From a virus (Duplodnaviria > Heunggongvirae > Uroviricota > Caudoviricetes), in IMG/VR virus record IMGVR_UViG_3300035494_000066: 64,000 nucleotides of DNA. One strand, 5' to 3'. The notes under the pieces are model-generated. The model was not told the DNA's origin. It ran no database searches and was given only the letters and a program-made list of their open reading frames with translations. Made by a program: the position numbers and the translations under genes. This document shows positions 25,206 through 34,207 of this stretch, one piece after another (within the stretch, counting starts at the first letter, position 1; every line of letters starts with the position of its first letter).

Positions 25206-27689
25206 ATGGCTAACAACGATCCACGTTTACGATACGTTGGTCCCGTGGACTCATCAGAAGAAACATACGCAAAAGTACAACAAGCTGTTGCACTAATGCA
25301 AGCGCGGAATTACTCTGCAGCTGAGATATCTAATGCAATCCGTGTGTCGACTCGCGACGAGTGGGATTACAACAATGGTGCAATTGTACCTGGGCCGTCT
25401 TTTTCGTCCTTAGACACTGGGTCAGTAATAGACCAGACAGCATCTATTCCAGCTGCTGACACACCAGCTGAAGACCGCCAATCTATTGTGTCGAGTGCAC
25501 CTGCAGTAGCTCAATCAGACGACATAGCAGTAGAACCCGATCAGACACTTCCAGTTGAAATTAGTCCAGCTCCGTCTGCGCCGCATGCGAGTGCAGCAGT
25601 TCAAACGTCTAGCACGAGCACAAGTAACCACGTTATTAGTGCAAAGCAAAATCCGCTAGCGGGCGTAACAAGCGTCAGTTATGTATTATCGTGGTACACA
25701 ATCGACGTAGCTGACTATAACTTGATTCAAGATGCAGTTGACAAAGCGCCGTTTAAACCAAAACCGGGTACACTATTAGTATCGTCAGCAGGCACCGGGC
25801 TCGAAAAACATCCGGAGTTTGATGTTGATTTCTTTTTAGATGACTTCGATGTTAACACCTTAATCGGTCTTTCGAAATATAATAGAAACACTAACGTAGT
25901 TGACTTTACTTTTTCAGTTACTGAGCCATACGGAGTAAGCTTAGTTGAGCGGCTTATACGATCGGCTACTGCTGGGAATTACTTACAACAACCTTACATT
26001 CTGACAATTGATTTCGTTGGTTACGATAGTGCAGGAGTTGAGTTAGCAAGTCCGCCAGCAGCTCGAAAAGTAATACCGTTTAAGATCACTGACTTTTCGT
26101 TCGATTTAACAACTTCGGGCAGTGTTTATCAGATAAGCGCAATACCGTACAACCACATAGGGTACGACACACTACGAAACATAGTGCCGTTTCAAGTTGA
26201 AATCGAAAGCAGCACTATAGACGAATTCTTTTCAACATCAGTTCGTACTTACACAGAAATACGCGACGACCGTTACGAAGCAATTGAAGATACGTACATT
26301 AAACTAGGTAGTATGGGCCAGCGACAGCATGCCGGCCTGGCCGGGGCATTAAATCAGCATCAGCTTCATAAAGTAGGTGACTCCGGCGGAAGTAAGTTGC
26401 AAGAATACCCCGACATATATCATTTTGAATTTCCGCCGGAGATTAGTAGTAGTGCGTTTAATGCTGCAGCAGTCCTTAATTTAAAAGAGCACGAAGTGCC
26501 GCTAGCTAAGCGTAACATCGAAAGCTACCAAACACAAATAGGGAAAAATATAACATTATCAAAAGGATTAAAGAACTTCGCATTCGGAGTAGGCACGAGT
26601 ATTGTTGAGATAATCAATTTGATGGTGTGCCGATCGGACTATATGTTGTCGCAGATCAAGTTAACACCCGGCGGGCAGCTCGACGATGAAGCAAGTGATG
26701 TTCCTATATATTGGTGGAAAGTGATCCCCCGGGTCCGGCTGCTAGAGTTTGATCGAATTCGTAATGAGTTCCAGAAAGAAATTACATACACGGTAGTAAT
26801 GTTACCCGTTAACGGGCGCAATTACGACGGCATTGGTAAGCAAATGCCCGAAGCTCCGCATAAACGATACGATTATATTTTCACAGGCCGGAATACAGAA
26901 ATCTTAGACTTTAAGCTGCAGTTTAATGCAGCATACTATCAGGCGCGCACAATGGTTAAGAACAACGTTGCGTCTGTTGAAACAGGACCGGAAACGAACC
27001 AAATGTCAGGTGCGTTAGTCAACCTTGATTCGAAATCAGCAATGCCGAAGCGTGTTGAATACGTTCCTAACCCGGCAAACATCACTAACAATTCAGAGTC
27101 TGATCTTCGTACAATTGTTGCCGGCGATATTACCGATTCGTTGCTTAATACAACAATCGACATGGTTGAGATAAAGTTAAACATATACGGAGATCCTGAC
27201 TATATTAATACTACAGATTATTGGCTTCCGGTGTCAGATTATAACAAGGAATATGTTTATCTTAAAGACGGTAGTATAAACTACAACAAACGAGAGACTT
27301 ATATTGAAGTGTCTATTAAAACACCAACCGACATTAATCAAACTACCGGCGATTACAACAGCAGCGCTTCGTATAATAGTATACTAATTAACGGTCTGTA
27401 TAGCGTTTTGTCAATTAAAAGCACGTTTTCTGGAGGTCAGTTTCTTCAAGAAATACACGCATTAAAGCTTCCTGCAGTTGACAACAATGCTATTGTATCA
27501 GACAAGAAAGACAATGAACAACAAGAACGGCAAGAAAACCAGAAACTAAGCGATATACCGATTGTTGCAGCAACACAAAATGAATTGATAGGCGATGTTT
27601 TAAACAGGTCTAGTAGTCCGCAGCGTGTGTCTGAGTCAGTTGTAGTAAATAGCGCTAGTAGTGCAGCAGATTCGGGAGATGAATTTTGA
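25206..27689 (+). CDS. Baseplate hub protein (gp27/gpD-like)
   Basis: Lies between gp53 and gp5. Has EPYG...L, I.GDP and G.Y.V..I.STFSGG.F.Q motifs typical of hub proteins. Confidence 0.65.
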   Translation: MANNDPRLRYVGPVDSSEETYAKVQQAVALMQARNYSAAEISNAIRVSTRDEWDYNNGAIVPGPSFSSLDTGSVIDQTASIPAADTPAEDRQSIVSSAPAVAQSDDIAVEPDQTLPVEISPAPSAPHASAAVQTSSTSTSNHVISAKQNPLAGVTSVSYVLSWYTIDVADYNLIQDAVDKAPFKPKPGTLLVSSAGTGLEKHPEFDVDFFLDDFDVNTLIGLSKYNRNTNVVDFTFSVTEPYGVSLVERLIRSATAGNYLQQPYILTIDFVGYDSAGVELASPPAARKVIPFKITDFSFDLTTSGSVYQISAIPYNHIGYDTLRNIVPFQVEIESSTIDEFFSTSVRTYTEIRDDRYEAIEDTYIKLGSMGQRQHAGLAGALNQHQLHKVGDSGGSKLQEYPDIYHFEFPPEISSSAFNAAAVLNLKEHEVPLAKRNIESYQTQIGKNITLSKGLKNFAFGVGTSIVEIINLMVCRSDYMLSQIKLTPGGQLDDEASDVPIYWWKVIPRVRLLEFDRIRNEFQKEITYTVVMLPVNGRNYDGIGKQMPEAPHKRYDYIFTGRNTEILDFKLQFNAAYYQARTMVKNNVASVETGPETNQMSGALVNLDSKSAMPKRVEYVPNPANITNNSESDLRTIVAGDITDSLLNTTIDMVEIKLNIYGDPDYINTTDYWLPVSDYNKEYVYLKDGSINYNKRETYIEVSIKTPTDINQTTGDYNSSASYNSILINGLYSVLSIKSTFSGGQFLQEIHALKLPAVDNNAIVSDKKDNEQQERQENQKLSDIPIVAATQNELIGDVLNRSSSPQRVSESVVVNSASSAADSGDEF

Positions 27690-30349
27690 CCTATTCTAGA
27701 AAGTATAACAGTCATGTACCTAGTAACGTAAAGACAACTAATAAACCAGGTGTTAATTTAGACAGTGGTCCGTATATAGGTATTGTCAAGGCTAACGCAG
27801 ATCCGTTAAGAAAAGGACGTGTTAGTGTTTTTATCGAACGGTTTGGGGGCAATGAAAACGACCCAGAAAACTGGAGAACGGTAAGTTATGCTAGTCCGTT
27901 CTTCGGCCAAACGTCTGCTGCTGGTAAAAGCGCTACGAACAGTTATGCAAACAGTGTTCATAGTTACGGTATGTGGGCTACACCCCCAGATATAGGAGTC
28001 AAAATACTTTGTGTATTTGTTAACGGTGATCCTAACACTGGGTACTATATAGGATGTCTACCAGACGCTAACAACCATTTTTCTGTACCAGGGCATGCAA
28101 GCACTACAAACGTAACGCAAGATGATAAAGGCGCTTATAAGTTTGAAAAGATGCCCGGTGCTGAATTTAACGACAAAGGAGACTCGTCGTACAACAGCTA
28201 CGACACTAACCCTAGACCTAGTAACCCTATATTAACTGGCGTCCTTAAATGGCAAGGGTTAATGGATGACGATATTAGGGGGCATACTACTTCGAGTAGT
28301 AAACGCGAGTCGCCAAGTCGAGTATTCGGTATTAGTACTCCAGGACGTCCGATCCCTGACTTACCGGTAACAGACATTCAAAACACTGGCTCTGATAATC
28401 CACCATCTCAGAAGATTAAAACAGGTGTCTTTAGAATGCCGGGTCACAGCTTTGTGATGGACGACGGTGAGCTCGGTGGTGACAATAATTTAATACGGCT
28501 TAAATCCGCATCAGGGCATCAAATACTAATGCACGACACTGAGGGTATAATTTATATCAGTAATAACACCGGAACAGCTTGGATGGAGTTCGGTGTTGAT
28601 GGTAAAATTGATGTATTCTCGGCTGAGAGTATTAGTTATAATGCAAAAAAAGACTTTAATATTACAGCCGGCCGGAGTATTAATATGCAAGCCGGCGAGC
28701 AAGTTAATATAATTTCCGACTCTGGGTTGCATATGCAATCTGAGTCTTTGAACCTTAAAGGGGTTAAAGAAACTAATATCACCGGCTTGGCTCTAGACTT
28801 AAAAGCATTGGGTTCAATAAAAGTCTCTGCAGACGCTAGTATAGGAATAAAGTCAGCTGCTGAGACTAGTATTAAGGGATCGATTTTGAATTTAAACTCG
28901 TCGACACCATCGTCGGCGAAAGAAGTTAAATCAGCAAAGTTCAACACCCACCCTGCACCGAGCTACACCGGAAACTGGAAAGCAGCAGACACGAAGCAAT
29001 CAATAGCAACTAGAGTGCCACAGCATGAGCCGTATGATCGGAGTGTAGAAAAGCCTGTACAATCTACAACACCTCGTAAGTCAGCTAACGAGTTTTCTGT
29101 GCAAGTAGCAACTCCTCCTAGTAGCGTGCAAGCTGCTGGCCAGCCTAGTGTTTCGAAAATCCCCGGCTACAACGAAGGCATGTCGAGTGCTATTCAAACA
29201 GTGTCGGCTAATTTTACCGGTGTAGTTAAAGAAGTTGAAACTAAGATCGCTCCGATCACCCCGGCGAAAATTTTACAAGACACAACTAATATTGTCAACG
29301 AGCTATTTGACGATGTAGGCGAACTGTCAAGTGAAATACTGTCGTCAATTGAAGATTTTGTTAAAGAGCAATCACTTATTAAACATGCAGAAGCTGCTAT
29401 TGCATCAGTTACTGAACTGGCTGAAAATACAATTGATGCTATTTCGAGCACAGTTGGCGATGTAGTTAACTCTGTTACAGGCACTGTTGGCGATGTAGTC
29501 GACTCTGTTTCTGACACTGTCAGTGATATAGTCGACGGCTCCGGCTTAAGTGAATTAACAAGCGGGTTAGGGGATTTTGTGGAAAACGTTGCTAGCGGTG
29601 CTGGCGAGTTTGTGCAAGGAATGGGAGGCGTAATATCCGATATTGGTAACTCGGAGTTTGTATCTAACATAACTTCGGATTTCTCAGCTGCTGCAGAGCA
29701 ATTCAGTCTCAGTGACTTGGGTTCCGGATTAGGCAATGTTATAACAACAGTTAGCGATGTTACTGGAAAGTTCCTGTCGGATACGGGTATTTCGAAGTTC
29801 GTCAACGACTTTACATCGTCAATTGATATATCAGTTGTTGACATTATTAAGCAACAAGTGCCATATAAGGAGATTGCAGTATTGAGCATTGCAAATTCTC
29901 AAAAGCTATTGGCTACATTGGGGAAAACAAACGGACCGTCGGAGTACGAACTAGTAACGGCAGACGGGGAGGTTGGTAAGTACAATTTTACAGTATCTGA
30001 ACTCCAGCAGTTAGGATACATCAAGCCCGGCCCGGTAACTAATTTATCACCTAGTGGAGTATGGACAGGCAAAGACGGCGTTAACTCGGTTGATGCGTTT
30101 TTAACTTCGTCGGCTATCCAGGAATCAGCTGCAATCGAACTACTTGATGCAAACGGAAAACAAATGGAAAAAACTGGCGCAATTAAACCTACCGACAGTC
30201 AGGAAGTTGCAGCTGGTATGTTAGCAGTGAGTAAAAAAGCCGGCCCGGCAACTGCAGCACAGTGGCGAACAGGGCAAGTAGTCGACGACACACTTGATGC
30301 ATATTACGTAAAAGCGAATAGCGTCATTAAAAACACAACAACGGGTTAA
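27686..30349 (+). CDS. gp5: Baseplate central spike (gp5/VgrG-like) with C-terminal lysozyme-like domain
   Basis: OB-fold GIVK...DPL..GRV.V and PPDIG..LC.F..GD; beta-helix GHSFVMDD and SGHQILMHD; C-terminal GKYNF....L...GY.K...WTGKDG. Confidence 0.85.
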   Translation: MTYSRKYNSHVPSNVKTTNKPGVNLDSGPYIGIVKANADPLRKGRVSVFIERFGGNENDPENWRTVSYASPFFGQTSAAGKSATNSYANSVHSYGMWATPPDIGVKILCVFVNGDPNTGYYIGCLPDANNHFSVPGHASTTNVTQDDKGAYKFEKMPGAEFNDKGDSSYNSYDTNPRPSNPILTGVLKWQGLMDDDIRGHTTSSSKRESPSRVFGISTPGRPIPDLPVTDIQNTGSDNPPSQKIKTGVFRMPGHSFVMDDGELGGDNNLIRLKSASGHQILMHDTEGIIYISNNTGTAWMEFGVDGKIDVFSAESISYNAKKDFNITAGRSINMQAGEQVNIISDSGLHMQSESLNLKGVKETNITGLALDLKALGSIKVSADASIGIKSAAETSIKGSILNLNSSTPSSAKEVKSAKFNTHPAPSYTGNWKAADTKQSIATRVPQHEPYDRSVEKPVQSTTPRKSANEFSVQVATPPSSVQAAGQPSVSKIPGYNEGMSSAIQTVSANFTGVVKEVETKIAPITPAKILQDTTNIVNELFDDVGELSSEILSSIEDFVKEQSLIKHAEAAIASVTELAENTIDAISSTVGDVVNSVTGTVGDVVDSVSDTVSDIVDGSGLSELTSGLGDFVENVASGAGEFVQGMGGVISDIGNSEFVSNITSDFSAAAEQFSLSDLGSGLGNVITTVSDVTGKFLSDTGISKFVNDFTSSIDISVVDIIKQQVPYKEIAVLSIANSQKLLATLGKTNGPSEYELVTADGEVGKYNFTVSELQQLGYIKPGPVTNLSPSGVWTGKDGVNSVDAFLTSSAIQESAAIELLDANGKQMEKTGAIKPTDSQEVAAGMLAVSKKAGPATAAQWRTGQVVDDTLDAYYVKANSVIKNTTTG

Positions 30350-30352
30350 CAT

Positions 30353-30730
30353 ATGGCAACATTTAAAGGTATGAGCACAGCGGGCTCGGTAAAAACATAC
30401 TTAACTGATTATCAGTTAGTCAGACAAGACTTCTTAAATACATTAAACACTCGCCGCGGCCAGAGGTTGATGCGTCCAGAATTCGGCTGCTCAATATGGG
30501 ACTATATATATGCTCCGTTTGACGAAGCAACTAAGGACGCAGTGTTTAGTGAAGTTAAACGAGTTGCAAGTCTAGATCCGCGGTTGCAACTTGTTGGTAT
30601 CGAAATGCAGGATATAGATGACGGGATACAGATATTTGTTGAACTTAAGTACATTGACACAGATATTATCGACAGGCTATTAATAGACTTTAATTCAACA
30701 ACACCGGGTGTTCGGTACCAGACTATTTAA
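30353..30730 (+). CDS. gp25: Baseplate wedge/sheath initiator (gp25-like)
   Basis: LNT..G.RLMRPEFGC.I and DPR motifs. Confidence 0.92.
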   Translation: MATFKGMSTAGSVKTYLTDYQLVRQDFLNTLNTRRGQRLMRPEFGCSIWDYIYAPFDEATKDAVFSEVKRVASLDPRLQLVGIEMQDIDDGIQIFVELKYIDTDIIDRLLIDFNSTTPGVRYQTI

Positions 30731-30740
30731 AATAGTTAAA

Positions 30741-30798
30741 ATAGTGGTTTTAACTTAGTATAAATATACTTAAGGATAAGAAGAGTAAAAACCACTAT
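30741..30798 (+). promoter_or_regulatory. Late promoter TATAAATA (30759-30766) inside a hairpin that covers the gp6 start codon
   Basis: ATAGTGGTTTT (30741-30751) is complementary to AAAACCACTAT (30788-30798), which includes the AT of ATG 30797. Confidence 0.7.
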
Positions 30799-33700
30799 GG
30801 CAAAAACATCTCGTCAAACAAATTTATTTTCAGCAGAGTCATGGACTAAACTGTATCAGACTTACCGAGAAGCTGACTTTCAGAGCTACGACTTTGAGAC
30901 TATTCGAAAAACGATGATCGATTACCTCCGGACATATTATCCGGAGGATTTTAACGATTATATCGAAAGTTCGGAGTACATTGCGCTAATAGAACTGATT
31001 GCGTTCATCAGTCAGGCGATCAGCTTTAGATCAGATTTAAACGCCCGCGAAAACTTTTTAGAAACAGCTGAGCGCCGCGACAGTGTATTTAAATTAGCTA
31101 AGATGCTTAGCTACACACCTAAGCGACACATTAATGCAAAAGGCCTATTAAAAGTAACTAGTATCCGGACATCCGAAGATGTGTTTGATAGTACCGGTGA
31201 AAACTTAAGCGGATTGGATATAATCTGGAATGACAGAACTAACCCAGATTATATGGAACAGTTTGTTGCAATTCTTGACGCAGCGTTTCAGTCAACTCAA
31301 AGATTCGGAAAGCCGTTAATTAAACAGACACTATTAGGTACACGCACAGAAGTATACTCTCTTAACACGTTTACTAGTGGCTTAAATGTGCGCCCGTTTA
31401 CAACAGTAATCGACGGGCAAGTAAGTCAGTTTGAAGTTGTAAACGGGACAACTGCTGGAAAAGAATACATTTACGAAACTAGTCCCGGTAGCACGTCGGG
31501 GTTTAATATATTGTACCAGAACGACGGCAAAGGTGCTGCTAGCGTTAACAGTGGATTCTTCTTTTATTTCAAGCAAGGTGTGTTAAACAGTTCCGAGTTT
31601 GTTGTCGACGAGAAACTTCCTAATCGGGTAATTAACGTTAACGTCCCTAATATCAACAACGACGATGTTTGGGTGTACTCTGTTAACACTGACGGAACAT
31701 TGGGTGACGAGTGGACGAAAGTTCCTGCAGTAGTAGGTAATAACATAGCATATAACAGTCTATCAAAAGATCAGCGCAAGCTTTTTTCGGTTAATAGTCT
31801 AGCAAATGACCAAATCCAATTGGTATTCGGTGACGGCGTGTTTTCGGATATGCCGTCGGGGTCTTATCGCTTATATTACAGAACTAGTAACGGTCTGAGT
31901 TATAAAATCAAGCCTAATAACATGCAAGGCATAGAAGTTCAGATTGGCTATCTAAGCCGAAACAATCGTCGTGAAACGCTAACTGTGACGCTAGGGCTAC
32001 AGTATACAGTTAATAATGCAGCGACTCGCGAGTCGCTAGCTGACATCAAGACTAAAGCACCGCAGCAGTACTACACACAAAATCGAATGATTACCGGCGA
32101 AGACTATAATATATTTCCGTTTACTCAGTATCGGAATATTATAAAGTGTCGTGCAGTTAACAGATCGTCGAGCGGTGTTAGCCGCTATTTGGATATTAAA
32201 GATGTAACTGGAAAGTACAGTAGTACTAATATCTTTTCGACAGATGGGATATTTTATAAAGACTCAATAACTGATACATTCACATTTGAGTGGGTTAACT
32301 TAAACGATATATCAAAAGTAGTTCGTGGTCCGGTATTACGAGCGGTTAGTACAAAAGAAATGGCTCATTTTTATTATGACGCTATCGGACGTGTTAGTAT
32401 GGAATTAACACCGACTAAGTGGTACGTCTCTTCTATATCTACTAATACGTCGACTGGATATTTTACTAATATCTCAGGAGATAACATACCGCAAGGCGTT
32501 GGCAGTTATGTAGGTAACAACAGAAAATACATTAAACCGGGCACACTTATAAAGTTTAAAGCGCCGACTGGGTACTACTTTGATAAGAATAACACAATGT
32601 CGATCGGAACACCGATATTGCCTGGCGACCGTACTGCAATATGGACGTCGGTAAAATCAGTCTTAGCAGACGGAACAAATCAAGGCCTCGGCGAGCTGCA
32701 AGACGGAACAGGCCCGGTTGTACTCAATGATAAAATTCCGCACGGCTCGATTGTTGACGAAGTAATTCCGCCATTCAATACAACAATGCTATCGATTGCC
32801 GACGACATTGTTAACAGTGTGCAGTTGTATAAAGACTTTGGAGTCCGGTTTGATGTCCAAACCCAAACATGGAAAATTATATCAGAAGAAAACTTAGATA
32901 GTTCATTGAGCTTTTCGACTAGCCGAGCAGGTGATACTAGTGGATCAAACCAGGACAACAGTTGGTTAATTTTGTTTAAAACTGACGGAGAAGTCTATAC
33001 AGTAACGTACCGCGGCACATCATATGTGTTTGAAAGTAAGGAAGAAACTCAATTTCATTATGAAGAATCGTCACGTATATACGATAGTCGGACAGGAAAG
33101 GTAGTTAATGATGCAATTACTATATTAGGAATAAACACTATTCCAGGGCTGAGCAATCCAATTGGAGTTGACCATATGATGTTTATATCCGGTCCTATAA
33201 TCGAAGAAGATGGGTATGTTAACAGTCGACGTGTAAAACTTACTTTTCCGGATAGCGACTTCGACGGCGTAATCGACAATCCGGACATTTTCGATAGTAT
33301 CGTTGGTGATGATATGTATGTATTCTTTAAGAAAACTTACAACGGGTACAATTCAGTTGAACCGGTTACTGGAAATGTTTACACAAACTACGAAACTATA
33401 TCTCAGTTGCTAGCCAATATAAACCTATTCGCACCTGGAAGTTTGTTCTATTTAACTAGCGACAACGAGTTTTATACCTTGCGGCTCAGTGGTGATAAAT
33501 TAGTTGTTAATAAAGAAACTGATTATGTTGTTAAACAAGGTCGCGCAGAACTAAAATTCCATTATCGACATAATGCGCCGAACGATCGACGTATTGACCC
33601 AAGTCCTACTAACTTAATTGACTTGTATGTATTGACGCGACAATATGAAGATAGTTACCGGCGGTATATTACTGATTCAACAGGCCGGAGTACTGAGCCA

Positions 33701-34186
33701 GCACTGCCTACTGTGCAAGAGCTTAAAAATGAATTTGCAGGCTTAGCTGATAAAAAAGCAACCAGTGATACTATTATTTTCAACCCTGCTAAATTTAAAC
33801 CATTATTTGGAAGTACTGCTAGTAGTGAGTTGCGTGCATCATTTAAAGTTGTTAAGAATGAACGAGCATTGGTATCGGATTCAGAAGTGAAGAGCAAATT
33901 AATTGATGCAATTAATGAATATTTTTCAATTACAAACTGGGACTTCGGTGATACATTTTATTTCAGCGAACTAAGTGCGTACTTGCATACTAAACTGTCG
34001 TCAATTGTTAGTAGTATTATGTTAGTACCGCTAAGCGGACAACTTCGATTTGGTAGCTTGTATGAGATCAAAAGCAGACCGGACGAAATATTCGTAAGTA
34101 CAGCAACAGTTGACAACATAGAAGTAATTGACAGCATAACTGCATCTAAAATCAGAGCCATTGAAATTGATGTAAATAATGTATAA
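30797..34186 (+). CDS. gp6: Baseplate wedge protein (gp6-like)
   Basis: DFETIR..MIDYL, E.FLETA.RR.SV..LA..L.Y.P, FGDGVF and E....IK..AP..Y.TQNR.IT.EDY motifs. Confidence 0.93.
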   Translation: MAKTSRQTNLFSAESWTKLYQTYREADFQSYDFETIRKTMIDYLRTYYPEDFNDYIESSEYIALIELIAFISQAISFRSDLNARENFLETAERRDSVFKLAKMLSYTPKRHINAKGLLKVTSIRTSEDVFDSTGENLSGLDIIWNDRTNPDYMEQFVAILDAAFQSTQRFGKPLIKQTLLGTRTEVYSLNTFTSGLNVRPFTTVIDGQVSQFEVVNGTTAGKEYIYETSPGSTSGFNILYQNDGKGAASVNSGFFFYFKQGVLNSSEFVVDEKLPNRVINVNVPNINNDDVWVYSVNTDGTLGDEWTKVPAVVGNNIAYNSLSKDQRKLFSVNSLANDQIQLVFGDGVFSDMPSGSYRLYYRTSNGLSYKIKPNNMQGIEVQIGYLSRNNRRETLTVTLGLQYTVNNAATRESLADIKTKAPQQYYTQNRMITGEDYNIFPFTQYRNIIKCRAVNRSSSGVSRYLDIKDVTGKYSSTNIFSTDGIFYKDSITDTFTFEWVNLNDISKVVRGPVLRAVSTKEMAHFYYDAIGRVSMELTPTKWYVSSISTNTSTGYFTNISGDNIPQGVGSYVGNNRKYIKPGTLIKFKAPTGYYFDKNNTMSIGTPILPGDRTAIWTSVKSVLADGTNQGLGELQDGTGPVVLNDKIPHGSIVDEVIPPFNTTMLSIADDIVNSVQLYKDFGVRFDVQTQTWKIISEENLDSSLSFSTSRAGDTSGSNQDNSWLILFKTDGEVYTVTYRGTSYVFESKEETQFHYEESSRIYDSRTGKVVNDAITILGINTIPGLSNPIGVDHMMFISGPIIEEDGYVNSRRVKLTFPDSDFDGVIDNPDIFDSIVGDDMYVFFKKTYNGYNSVEPVTGNVYTNYETISQLLANINLFAPGSLFYLTSDNEFYTLRLSGDKLVVNKETDYVVKQGRAELKFHYRHNAPNDRRIDPSPTNLIDLYVLTRQYEDSYRRYITDSTGRSTEPALPTVQELKNEFAGLADKKATSDTIIFNPAKFKPLFGSTASSELRASFKVVKNERALVSDSEVKSKLIDAINEYFSITNWDFGDTFYFSELSAYLHTKLSSIVSSIMLVPLSGQLRFGSLYEIKSRPDEIFVSTATVDNIEVIDSITASKIRAIEIDVNNV

Positions 34187-34207
34187 TAAACGGAAATAGT
34201 TATAAAG

